Assembly (NCBI GenBank): GCA_020184695.1
Contig: JAANOX010000190.1
Span: 186,744-250,743 of the forward strand
Length of the DNA: 64,000 nt
DNA from: Histomonas meleagridis 2922-C6/04-290x
Lineage: Eukaryota > Protista > Parabasalia
Reading direction: 5' to 3'
The notes under the pieces are model-generated. The model did not search any database. It was given only the letters and a program-made list of their open reading frames with translations, and was not told the DNA's origin. Below, piece after piece: positions 21,612 through 32,259 of this stretch (position 1 is the first letter of the stretch; every line of letters starts with the position of its first letter). Both the position numbers and the translations under genes were made by a program.

Positions 21612-22307
21612 TTATTTTTTAGATTTTACAGGTTTGAAGAAATCTGAAATTTGTTTATTGTTGGATTTCTTCTGTGGCTTCTTTTTGTTCTTTGGCTTCT
21701 TCTTTTCTTCATTTTCTACGACATTGTTGACTAACTGAGTAATGAACGATTCTGGATAAATCTTTCGGAGCTCATTTTTAAGATTATTTGCAATATCAGT
21801 TGGGATTGAATGTCTAAGAATGTCATATGCAACTTCTATTTGGAATTTATCTTCAAGTGGATTTTGTTGGGAAAGGCAATTCATGAGAAGTTGGGTTTTG
21901 TTAATAAGAAATTCATAAGTTTTGTTTGCTGAAAAGTAATAAAGAGGGCCTTCACCCATATCAAGAGAATCACATATAGTTGAAATATGCGGGATTAAAA
22001 TTTCAGCAATTGGTTCTAATTCAGTTCCTTTAAAAAATTCGTCAGCAATAAGCATTTGTTTTCCCCTAGAACTAGCAATTGGAATAATTAAAAAAATTGG
22101 GTGCATTTTTAATGGTACTAATACAGCTCCATTTGAAACAAATTGTTCTCCAACAAACCAAGAAGAATGAGGTCTATCGATAATTGATAATTCATAAATG
22201 GAAGAACCATTTACTAAAAATGTATGTTCTTTTCCAGTTCTAGGGTGATGAAAGGTATAATATTTTGCTTCTTCTATTAAGTTTTCTGGGGAAAAAGCAA
22301 CCCTCAT
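21612..22307 (-). CDS. RNASEH2B: Ribonuclease H2 subunit B
   Basis: HPRTG, SWFVGE..SNG....MHPIFLIIP, C-terminal PIP-box-like QISDFF; ATG at 22307. Confidence 0.85.
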   Translation of the reverse strand: MRVAFSPENLIEEAKYYTFHHPRTGKEHTFLVNGSSIYELSIIDRPHSSWFVGEQFVSNGAVLVPLKMHPIFLIIPIASSRGKQMLIADEFFKGTELEPIAEILIPHISTICDSLDMGEGPLYYFSANKTYEFLINKTQLLMNCLSQQNPLEDKFQIEVAYDILRHSIPTDIANNLKNELRKIYPESFITQLVNNVVENEEKKKPKNKKKPQKKSNNKQISDFFKPVKSKK

Positions 22308-22379
22308 TGAACCAGAGACTAAGGGGCGCCCCAAATCCGTTTATACGAAAACGTTAAAATCCACCTGACCACAGATTAT

Positions 22380-24614
22380 ATGGGAAAAATTTGCAAATCT
22401 CTTGTATTAAAACAAACATACGAAAGCAAATGGACAAAAGATAGAATAAAACAAATAAATAATGGCTATTTTGCTGCAATTCATGGTTATGATTTATTAA
22501 TTATTGATATAACTTCAGGTGAAACATTTGCAAAATTAGAGGCAGAACAAGAATCTGATGATACAATATATGATTTTGTTGTTGATCCACTTCTTCGTTA
22601 TGCAATTACATCACATGTATCACAACTGTTAAAAATGTGGATTCCGCAAAATGATGAATGGTCAGTAGTTGCTCAATGGAAATGTCCTGGTAGATTTCCT
22701 GGTAATGTTCAACTTGATCCATCAGGTCAAATTCTTGCCTGTTCCACAGCCGCTTCTTCATGTTATCTTTTTTCATTACAAAACCAAAGTCTCATTCGTC
22801 GTTATGATATTCCCAAAGGCCAAACCACATATATGACATATGATTCTGCCGGACATTTATGGATTGGCGATAATTATGGTCATCTTACTGTCATTGATCA
22901 TGAAAACAAGAAGACCAAAGTCATAAATAATGAAGATTCGCATCATCAAGCTGTTACTTCGATTGTATCATTACATCCATATGTCATTACTTCGGGTCTT
23001 GATGAAGTTTTATTAGTATTTGACACTGATGGTGATGTTATCCAAAAGCCCGTTGCTATAATGTACTCCATTAATTCTATTGTTGTTGATCCCGAACATC
23101 AAAACACTGTTTATGCAGCCACAACAGATGGCATCAAACGTGTAAACATTAGTGAGTTACGAATCCTTAAAATCAATTCCACTGAAGTCGATCAATTATT
23201 ATATTTTGATCAATTATATTCATTTGATGCAGATGGTATTTTAAAGACGGTATTTAATGATAATCCAATTTCATATTCGTTAACATTTAATCAAATTTAT
23301 GATATTTCATATGATGAAAAAGAAGATGTTATAGCAGTTGCTACATCATCTAATCGATTTTTAATACAATTATTAAAGGATCATCAAGCATATCAACTTT
23401 ATGGCCATGAAAACACTCCGTTATGTTTAACGACATTTAATGGATTACTTTTAAGTGGTTCCAAAGATACAACTGCTAAGTTATGGTCATTAACAGAACA
23501 AAAATTATTATGTACATTAATTGGTCATACAGAACCAGTTACAGCAGTAAGTTTTATACCGAAATCGAATTGTGTATTAACAGGAAGTTCGGATAAAACA
23601 TTAAAACTTTGGCGTCCAGTTGAATCAGTTACTGAAATTAAATCTGCTTTAGCATCCGTAATAGCGCATGATAAAGAAATTAATACTATAACTGTATCAA
23701 TTGATGGCAAATATATCGCTACAGGTTCACAAGATAAAACAGCGAAATTATGGAAACTTGAAAATGATACAATAACATACTTAAGAACATTTGTCGGACA
23801 TAAAAGAGGAATTTCGAGTTTAGCATTTTCATCTGTTGAAATGGTTTTAGCGACATCGAGTTCCGATAATAGTATTAAGTTATGGAATATCAATGATGGA
23901 ACATGTATCTCAACATTTACTGAGTTTTCATCGACAGTATTACGTTTAATGTTTATTAACAATGGGTTACAATTATTAACATGTGAATCATCCGGAACTA
24001 TTAAAGTAATTAGAATTAAAACTGGAGCACCTGATTTCATTAATGATTCATCACATAATGGACAAATTTGGGGACTTTCCATTATGAATGATGATTATGT
24101 TACTGCTGCTTCTGATGGTAAAATATGTGTATGGAAAGATAACACTGAAGAAATCGAAGCTGCAGAACTCGCGGCAAAAGCTGAAGCTGCTGAAGCTGAA
24201 CAAGAACTAAAGAACGCTTTAAATAATGACGAGTTAGTTAAAGCGTTAAGAATCGCATTCAAGTTTAGAATGCCAAATAAGTTACGCCTCATAATACGGA
24301 AAATTAGCGAAAGTGGATCAGACGCATTGTTGCAATATTTCACGGAATTGGAGGAAATTCCGGACTTCGTACAATGGATCGATTACATCGCTAAATGGAC
24401 AACAAACTCAAAGTGGGCGGACGACGCAACAGAGGCATTGACTGCTTTGCTGAGAGTGAAAACTTTGGACTTCTTCATACATTATAAAAAGGAGTTCAGA
24501 GAGAAAATCGATGCAATGATTCCTTACTTGGAGAGACATATGGGAAGATTGGATAGATTGGCGGTGCAGGCGTATGCTATCGATGATGTGATTAATACAA
24601 TTTCTAATGAATAA
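22380..24614 (+). CDS. UTP13: U3 snoRNP-associated WD40 protein Utp13/TBL3
   Basis: WD repeats (AHDKEINTI, GHKRGISS, HNGQIWGL) plus Utp13 C-terminal domain (KWTTNSK, IPYLERHMGRLDRL). Confidence 0.85.
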   Translation: MGKICKSLVLKQTYESKWTKDRIKQINNGYFAAIHGYDLLIIDITSGETFAKLEAEQESDDTIYDFVVDPLLRYAITSHVSQLLKMWIPQNDEWSVVAQWKCPGRFPGNVQLDPSGQILACSTAASSCYLFSLQNQSLIRRYDIPKGQTTYMTYDSAGHLWIGDNYGHLTVIDHENKKTKVINNEDSHHQAVTSIVSLHPYVITSGLDEVLLVFDTDGDVIQKPVAIMYSINSIVVDPEHQNTVYAATTDGIKRVNISELRILKINSTEVDQLLYFDQLYSFDADGILKTVFNDNPISYSLTFNQIYDISYDEKEDVIAVATSSNRFLIQLLKDHQAYQLYGHENTPLCLTTFNGLLLSGSKDTTAKLWSLTEQKLLCTLIGHTEPVTAVSFIPKSNCVLTGSSDKTLKLWRPVESVTEIKSALASVIAHDKEINTITVSIDGKYIATGSQDKTAKLWKLENDTITYLRTFVGHKRGISSLAFSSVEMVLATSSSDNSIKLWNINDGTCISTFTEFSSTVLRLMFINNGLQLLTCESSGTIKVIRIKTGAPDFINDSSHNGQIWGLSIMNDDYVTAASDGKICVWKDNTEEIEAAELAAKAEAAEAEQELKNALNNDELVKALRIAFKFRMPNKLRLIIRKISESGSDALLQYFTELEEIPDFVQWIDYIAKWTTNSKWADDATEALTALLRVKTLDFFIHYKKEFREKIDAMIPYLERHMGRLDRLAVQAYAIDDVINTISNE

Positions 24615-25061
24615 ATAAATAAAAATTTGGTAAATAAATATTATACAATTACAATAAATTTAATTTTCCACTTGATGTAATTGTGCGGAACAAACGTAGA
24701 ATTAATGAACTCAATCGCAAGACCATTTTCAGTGATTTTTATATACTTTTTTCGCTTAATTTTGTTTTCAATATTGAATTTTAATGTGACCAATTCATGA
24801 TATAACAACATAATTGAAGCATGCATAACTAAATATAAATATATTTTCGAAAATTTCACACCCCACCAGCCCAGAGGACAATTAGAGAAAAATGTTTTTT
24901 GTGAATCAATAAATATATATACTTTTAATTGGAGATAACAATGAGCCTACTTTTATTATTTTATTTATGAATTAAAATATTTTCATCTCAGCTTGAACAA
25001 TTCAACTTTCTGATTATTTAAACAAATTTGAATTGATATATCCGTTATTAATATTTTCCAC

Positions 25062-25608
25062 ATGGGACCAAATGAACATTGCGACTGGGAAACACATCTA
25101 TCAATAAATCAAGAAATTATTAGTTTTAATGAAGAAAATTTCTCTAAATCTTTAGGTTTAATAATCAACAAATTTGATGAAATCCATCCTTTATCTTATG
25201 ATTTAATTATTATTAAAATGATATATTATTCCTTTGTAATTAAAAACAATAAAAAGAATTTATTTTTGAATATTATAAAAGAAATAAGAACATTTGAAGA
25301 GTGTAATAAAATCAAATCGAATATATTTGATATATTTGGACTATTTCTTAAAAATAAACATACAGATTATTTTATACAGCACTCACGTTAGCATCAAAAA
25401 ATGGTCATATAGAAATATTTAAATTACTTCTTGAACAAGAAGGAATTGATATTAATGCTAAAGATTTTTATCTAATATTCGTTCTAATAATAAGATATTA
25501 CAAAATAATATTTGGAATTTATTTAAAATATTTCAAACAGCACTTATGTTAGCATTTGAAAAATGTTATACAGAAATATTTAAATTACTTCTTGAACAAA
25601 AAGCATAG
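25062..25608 (+). pseudogene. Internally deleted ankyrin-family gene with one 71-nt 17+3-type spacer
   Basis: N-terminal helical domain homologous to 6633 and 34550; ankyrin block 25376-25465; spacer 25466-25536 (first unit 9 nt short, then D, G, Q); second block ends in TAG 25606-08. Confidence 0.75.
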
Positions 25609-25734
25609 ATATATTAATATTTACGATCTCTGTATTATAATCAATCTTAAAACAAATTCAAAATCTAAAAAGGTTTCAAATTAGAAATTATTATAATTGC
25701 ATAATGAAATAGAAATTCAATTTTACTAAACAAA

Positions 25735-27162
25735 TTACTTATTTTTCATCAAAATATTTTCACTTGAGCAAATTGATTCCGAAAATATTTTCAAATTTAC
25801 CGATTTTTCGCTATTTTTAATCATTTTCTTAATCAATTTCAACTCATAAAATGAAATTCCTCCCAAAACAATTACATAAACCCCACTAAAGTCCTTTAAA
25901 GTTTTCTTTTTGGAGCTAAAGAACTTACTAAATAATCCCTCAGCAGGTTGAATTCCATCTTCCAATTTTACGTCATTAAAAATTATTCCTTTTAATAACT
26001 TTGGCAAATAAAACAAATCCTCTAAATTATTTTCTTTTTTCTGGTTAAGGTTACAATTCGATTTACAATTTTCGAAGATACTTTGAATTTCATCCTCATT
26101 TCTCATATCGCTCATGCCACTGTTACAATTCCGAAAAGCGGTTAAAACCTCAGAATTAATGTCAAAACCGCCAAAACAATGGAGGAATCCAATTAATGGC
26201 AAACTTTTCCGCAAATCATACGAAACAGTAGAGATTAAATCTTCAAAATCAGCACCCTGGAGGATCGAGCTTTCGAGTTGTTCAAGCTCGATATCATCTG
26301 ATGAGTCATTAAATATATGTGGTAATGATGGATGTGCTTTAGTTAGCTCAAATTGTTCATTAGGCGTGAGGCTTTTCCAATGCTTTAGTAAGCTGTTATA
26401 TGTTTTATGTGTACTTGTGAGTTGGAAAAATTCGGAGATCTGATTAAGAAGTTCTTGTTCACCATAATTTAACTCAGTAGAAATAAATGTGGAATCAATG
26501 AGAGTGGAAACAGTGCTATGTGATGAAGATTTATCAAGATATGATCCTTGATGTACAAATAAAGGGGTAATAATTTCGGAACGATCAATAAGAAATACAG
26601 CTGTGGACACCTCACTATGCTTAGTATTCCACCCAGACTCTAATAAACTTCGAATTTTGTTGCTATAAGGTCCATAACTAAAAAATGATGTAACAGAATT
26701 ATCTAAAATGGATAATAAATTGTCTGTAATAACTTGGTCAGGGATGTCAGTTCTAAGGCCTAATTGTATTGGAAGTGTTTTTGGAAAGATTGGTAATATT
26801 TCAAATAAATCATCTATTTGAATGGAAACTTGTGGAATTGTATATTCAATGTCAGGAGTTGTTCCTATTATATGAATATCAAACCCAAAATTATCCAAGA
26901 TTTGAATTTGATTATCATAATTAGATATTGGTCGAGTTATAAATAGAGCAATGTGCTCAAAATCTATAGTTGACATAAGACGTTCGATTAAAGATTTTAC
27001 TTTTTCAGGATCACCTAGAGTACAAATTAATAAAAACAATGAAGGAACATATTTCATTATACCACCAGAAAGAGCAATTGCATCTGATGCTTGTTCATCG
27101 GCTAATAAAATTGTATTTTGAGGAATTTCGATATCTTGGAAAATATTTATGTGTTTCGCCAT
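25735..27162 (-). CDS. Divergent Sec1/Munc18 family protein
   Basis: VFLIDRSEIITPL and C-terminal VIVLGGISFYEL motifs. Confidence 0.7.
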   Translation of the reverse strand: MAKHINIFQDIEIPQNTILLADEQASDAIALSGGIMKYVPSLFLLICTLGDPEKVKSLIERLMSTIDFEHIALFITRPISNYDNQIQILDNFGFDIHIIGTTPDIEYTIPQVSIQIDDLFEILPIFPKTLPIQLGLRTDIPDQVITDNLLSILDNSVTSFFSYGPYSNKIRSLLESGWNTKHSEVSTAVFLIDRSEIITPLFVHQGSYLDKSSSHSTVSTLIDSTFISTELNYGEQELLNQISEFFQLTSTHKTYNSLLKHWKSLTPNEQFELTKAHPSLPHIFNDSSDDIELEQLESSILQGADFEDLISTVSYDLRKSLPLIGFLHCFGGFDINSEVLTAFRNCNSGMSDMRNEDEIQSIFENCKSNCNLNQKKENNLEDLFYLPKLLKGIIFNDVKLEDGIQPAEGLFSKFFSSKKKTLKDFSGVYVIVLGGISFYELKLIKKMIKNSEKSVNLKIFSESICSSENILMKNK

Positions 27163-27218
27163 TTGTCACTTTTTAATATAGTGTTGAAACAAATTTAAAA
27201 GGTTTAAAGCGGCATAAA

Positions 27219-27599
27219 ATGGTATTCAAAAAGTCACTTTTATTGCCGCCACCAAATGAACTAAGGCGGGCCCGCCTAATGATTTATCATTTTTTGTTAA
27301 TGAGTTCTCAGGAAAATGATGCATTTTATTCTCCATCAGAAATGAGCTCTCCAATACATGTTCCTGAACTCAATTTAGCTACAGAAGAAAAAGGTTGCTT
27401 GATTTCAATTAATCTTCAAGAACAACCAAAACAAATAGAAAGCTACTTATCTTCATTTACAATCCGTCCAAAAAGGCAAGTAAGCTTACCAAAGAAGCCT
27501 TATGTATTTAAGCCATTTCAATCATTTTTCGAAACTGAAAATGTTGTTCAGCAGCTCCACCTTATCTTTAGCGAAAAGGAAAGCCAGAAACATGAATAG
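27219..27599 (+). CDS. Small hypothetical protein (start uncertain; may be ATG 27300)
   Basis: 126-aa ATG ORF between two genes; no recognisable domain. Confidence 0.45.
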   Translation: MVFKKSLLLPPPNELRRARLMIYHFLLMSSQENDAFYSPSEMSSPIHVPELNLATEEKGCLISINLQEQPKQIESYLSSFTIRPKRQVSLPKKPYVFKPFQSFFETENVVQQLHLIFSEKESQKHE

Positions 27600-27935
27600 A
27601 AGCCTAATTTGTATTCAAAATAAATAAATTATATTTTTAGATTATTTTGGTTTCTGATTAATAATTTACATGAATTCGTTTAATATTGTAAAGCTCTTAA
27701 GAGTTCATGGGTTAAATGAACAAGTTAATCGTGTTCAATTTGCAAATTGATTAAAATTGAAAATATTTCAAATTATTTAATCATTAAAAAGTTTTTGTTT
27801 GTAAAAGAACTACACACGTTCAGTATTGGTATAAGATTTCTTTCCAAAAAGAAGTTAATCAAAGCATTTAGTTGAACGTTAAATTTTTATTTGACACTTT
27901 TTTCAATACGATACGGTTTTGACACGCAATCAGCT

Positions 27936-29945
27936 ATGAGTGGAAAACCAAAAGACCCAAACCGTAAGCGCCGCGGAAGGCCACCAAAGAACCACAATCG
28001 TAATCCTCCAAAGCAAGCAACTCCTAAAGTTGAGTTGCCCAAACAAGATGCACCCAAAATCACAATTTCGATTGAGCATCCAAAAGATCCTCTTCGCATT
28101 GTATTACCAAACGGTAACGAAGCTACACCAACAACAAAGCCACAAACTCAACCACAACAACCAGTTCTCCAAATCACACGCCCAACATCCACCAAATGCG
28201 TTCTCTCTGTTTCACCAGAGGCAGCGCAGCACATGCTTGAGCGCAAAGCGGAGCACACTTACACAATCAAACAAATGCGTGCTAAACGTCATACACATGA
28301 ACTTGCATCTCAAAGTGTTTTCAGATTCCACGCCGAGCTACAACTTTATAAGCGTTATATTTCGGGCGGTGCTCATCGTAAGAAAGTGAATTCACAAAAA
28401 GCAAATATTGCAGTTCTTCAACAACGAATCAACAATATTCTTCTTCAATTTAATGTCAACACTTTCCATATTACATTCAACCAAATCTTATCACTTGGTA
28501 TTGAAAGTGATACATTTGTTTTATCATTTGTCAATGTTGTTTTCAAGCAAGCAGCACTTAATCCAAGCCTTGCATTACTCTTCTCTGTTCTTTCAGCTAA
28601 TGTTATGTATGTTCTTAAGCGAACTAAGTATGCAAATATGTTACGAAACTTATTCCAAGAACGATGCAAAGAATCATTTGCGGTACCTAAGAACGACACT
28701 GACAAAGGGACCTTCTTCTTGTTACGAGGCGTTGTAGTCTTTGCTGGGCATCTTTTCAGAGACGGCATCATTCAGATGTCACTTTTGTCTCAATTTGCGA
28801 ATGAGTTAATCAAATCAAAAGAACCGAAATCGGTTCAATTACTGATAAGTTTATTCATTCATGGCGGAACTAATCTCATTGAGCAAAACAAAGAAATATT
28901 AACAACATTATCGAAACGAATGGAAGAAATTCATGATGAAGAAATCATTAATGAATATAATGAATTATGTGAAATGACTAAAACCGGTCTGAAAGAAAAC
29001 GAACAAAGCGAAAGAGAATTAAAGCATCCTGAAATGCAGCATTCGCCTTCGATCGATCAAGATTTAGATATGAAATATCCTTCGCTATTCAAACACAGTG
29101 AGTCAATTCCAGCGCAGCTATCGGCTTTGTCAGGTGAAGAAGAAGACGATAAGACGATGGAATCTATCGTCGGCGGTTACCTGTACTCAAGTAATCCAGA
29201 CGAATTTGCGGTTAAAATTGAGAAGATCGGTTACCATAAGAACGATCAAAAAACGGCGGTTGACTTGATTCGAGCTGTTGCAAAACAACCGGAACAAAAT
29301 CAACTTGTGGTAAGTGAACTGGTGTTGTCGATGAGGAACGCTGGTTACTTCGATGATACAATGCTCAAAAATGCAATTAAAATTGTATCTAAAGAATTTG
29401 CAAACGAAGTAGCACCAGCTATTGCTCTTGGACGGATATACGCTATTCTGGTGAACGAGGAAATCACAACGTTTGATGACTTTGTTGATTTATTTGGTGA
29501 TATGAAAGGAATTTGGAAATCAGTAATTCCTTCGATATTCACATTCGTGGACCAAATTTGCGGATCGTGGTTCGATAATATGATGGAAAGCCAATTTTGG
29601 AGAGATCTCGATTTCATCGATGCAAAGACATTCGAAGAGAAACTCGACAAAATGAAGGAATGGGACATTGCTGATGTGTACCCGCATTATGATGCAGCGA
29701 ACGGATTCATACAACTTGTCAAAGAAGGAAAAGATCCGTCTGATTACATATCGAAACTTGACCAAACTGTAAGTCGCGACGAACTAACAAAACTTATCAT
29801 ACAGCAAATGGAGGCACTCGATGATAAGGAAATAGATAACGTCGTTACGAAGATGAAGGAGTTCTTCAGAGCTGAAAAGGAAATCATCGAATCAATGGCC
29901 ACCAAATCAAAGGTCGCGGCGAAAGTATCCCAACTGCTTCAGTAA
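27936..29945 (+). CDS. MIF4G/HEAT-domain protein (eIF4G-like)
   Basis: Basic/Pro-rich N-terminus, then INNILLQFNVNTF..VFKQAALNPSLALLFSVL..RNLFQERCKESF..GVVVFAGHLF (MIF4G pattern). Confidence 0.7.
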   Translation: MSGKPKDPNRKRRGRPPKNHNRNPPKQATPKVELPKQDAPKITISIEHPKDPLRIVLPNGNEATPTTKPQTQPQQPVLQITRPTSTKCVLSVSPEAAQHMLERKAEHTYTIKQMRAKRHTHELASQSVFRFHAELQLYKRYISGGAHRKKVNSQKANIAVLQQRINNILLQFNVNTFHITFNQILSLGIESDTFVLSFVNVVFKQAALNPSLALLFSVLSANVMYVLKRTKYANMLRNLFQERCKESFAVPKNDTDKGTFFLLRGVVVFAGHLFRDGIIQMSLLSQFANELIKSKEPKSVQLLISLFIHGGTNLIEQNKEILTTLSKRMEEIHDEEIINEYNELCEMTKTGLKENEQSERELKHPEMQHSPSIDQDLDMKYPSLFKHSESIPAQLSALSGEEEDDKTMESIVGGYLYSSNPDEFAVKIEKIGYHKNDQKTAVDLIRAVAKQPEQNQLVVSELVLSMRNAGYFDDTMLKNAIKIVSKEFANEVAPAIALGRIYAILVNEEITTFDDFVDLFGDMKGIWKSVIPSIFTFVDQICGSWFDNMMESQFWRDLDFIDAKTFEEKLDKMKEWDIADVYPHYDAANGFIQLVKEGKDPSDYISKLDQTVSRDELTKLIIQQMEALDDKEIDNVVTKMKEFFRAEKEIIESMATKSKVAAKVSQLLQ

Positions 29946-30242
29946 ATGAGTTGAAGCTTACATTCGTTTTTTTGTTTTGAAATCGAATTTGATGTAAATG
30001 AGATACAATGTGACGCTGATTGGAAGTGTGATGAACACATAACCCGCGAATGCTTTTGCCTTCGAAAATCTATGGTAAGTATGTGTTTTAGTTGTGAAAA
30101 CACGTAATTTTATAAAATGTGCCACCACATTTTTGATGTAAATCATTGAAATTGACAGGACGCGACGGTTATTTCAAGGAATAATTAAATTCATATCTGG
30201 TCGAATCAGGCTGAAAATTTTGTTGTAAATGTGAAATTAAAA

Positions 30243-30851
30243 ATGTTTCAGCTCCTCATTGCAATTGTAACTTCGACTGCAATAACATATACAGTAAGAT
30301 CTGGTGATACATTAACATCAATTGCACAACTTTTTAGTGTCACAATTGCACAAATTCAAGAATGGAACGGAATTTCAAATCCAAACTTCATTACAGTTGG
30401 ACAAGTTCTTAATATTAAAGAAGCGAAAAGAACATATATTACATATACAGTTAAATCAGGTGATTCACTTTCAGTGATTGCAGCAAACTATGGACTTACA
30501 ACGGAAGATCTTGCAATATCCAATATGAAAGCATACCCATACACACTTTATGTTGGAGAAGTTCTCTTAATTCCAGTTCCACTTCCAACACCATCACGAT
30601 CGCCGACAGCTTCACCTTCGAAATCGCCAACCCCATCACTTTCACCACTAGCGAACATTACCACTGATTCGTATGTTGTTCAACGCGGGGATACACTCTT
30701 TAGCATTGCTATTGAACATCACACTACAGTTGAAAATATTTGTATTATTAATGAGATTAAAGATCCAAATCTTATTTATGATGGACAACTTCTTCAACTT
30801 CCGAAATCGACAGAATCTATCGATAATTTTTCTAATGAACCGATTGTCTAA
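30243..30851 (+). CDS. Secreted LysM protein, copy 1 (3 LysM domains)
   Basis: Signal peptide; YTVRSGDTLTSIA, YTVKSGDSLSVIA, YVVQRGDTLFSIA. Confidence 0.85.
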   Translation: MFQLLIAIVTSTAITYTVRSGDTLTSIAQLFSVTIAQIQEWNGISNPNFITVGQVLNIKEAKRTYITYTVKSGDSLSVIAANYGLTTEDLAISNMKAYPYTLYVGEVLLIPVPLPTPSRSPTASPSKSPTPSLSPLANITTDSYVVQRGDTLFSIAIEHHTTVENICIINEIKDPNLIYDGQLLQLPKSTESIDNFSNEPIV

Positions 30852-30883
30852 CAAATTTATCATTTCTTGCTCATCGCCTTCAA

Positions 30884-31327
30884 ATGTTTGGATGGTATAA
30901 TACGTCAGAAGCCATTGTCAGCGATCTTCAGAAATGCGTTGAAGAGTTCATCAGTAGTCGACAATCATTTTTACGTTTCATAAGTCACTGTGCATATAAA
31001 TCGAATTTTGGATTATATACACATAACACGAAAGAAGATATTAATACGAAATACACAGGAAGTGGATATCTCCAAATTGAAGGGTATTCTAAATACGAAG
31101 AATTTTCAGAATATATTTCAGATTCGAAAGTTGTTGACGAAGGTCATTTGTATGTATCTGAACATTATCCATTTCTTATTTCAGGATATTATTGGAGACG
31201 CGAAGGTATTGACTCGTATTGCTGCCAAGGGATCAGTGAAGAAGAAATCGCACTTCGACTTTATGGGAAATATGAAGGAGCTGAAAACATTCGAGAATAT
31301 TACCAACGCGCGCTTGGCATCTTCTAA
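30884..31327 (+). pseudogene. Detached GH19-like (lysozyme/chitinase fold) domain of LysM copy 1
   Basis: FGW...FISHCAYKS...KYTGSGYLQIEG...YYQRALGIF, nearly identical to copies 2 and 3 but out of frame with 30243-30851. Confidence 0.65.
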
Positions 31328-32259
31328 AGATATTTATAGTGTATTTAAATGTTTTTTGTTTTTGTTACTTAATTTTTTTGTGCATGACAAAATAATACTA
31401 AATCTATAAAGTGTTGTTATCTATCGATGCCAAAAATTGAGAGCGCGCCGATCTGTAAGAACAGTTCGTAACGTTTTCATAACGTTCAAGTGTATGTAAA
31501 TCATATAAAAAGCCAAAACTTATTCAACGCTTATTTGGTCGGGGAACTTTTTGATCATATAATGTGCACTTTTTAAAATCAAAGAAGCAAACACTTGATG
31601 AATAAAAGAAAAAATGATTCATATAAATCATTGTTTGATTAACTGTCTAAAATAGATGCAGTTGTATCAGGTATGGAGCACAAGTCCGCCGAAGGATTAA
31701 GTATGAAAAGAAATTCTTGATATACCAATGTTATCATGTAAAATCCATCGTTTCTTATATAAATAACTGTGTGCTTATGCTATTTATATGAATTTTCAAA
31801 ATTATTAAAATTAATTTTTGAATTTTGGATCAAAAATATAAAAAAATAAATATGCATAACAAAATACAACAATATATTCAAGTAATCATTGGATTTCACT
31901 TGCGTTGCAAAAAGAGTTTTAACTTTCAACTTTTTATGCAATGATTCAAAGTAATATAAAATCTTTTCGTTATGAAAAATATTTCATAAGAGAATATTCT
32001 CGCACAATAACAAGCGTTTGTTCACCAATATCATACAACACCACTATCTCTATAATGAAAAACTTAGTCGAGCGACATTTATCGACTAGTTAATTAACCG
32101 AAAAAGTTAACAAAAAAAAAAATCAATAAAAACGATCAAAATCGATTTTGAAACGGAATTGAATGCTTCAAAGAGAAATTCGGTTCACAATTTTTTCAAA
32201 AATTGTGTAAGATAAAACTACAAAAGCATTAGAAAACTGATTTCAATGTGGTTCCAAAA

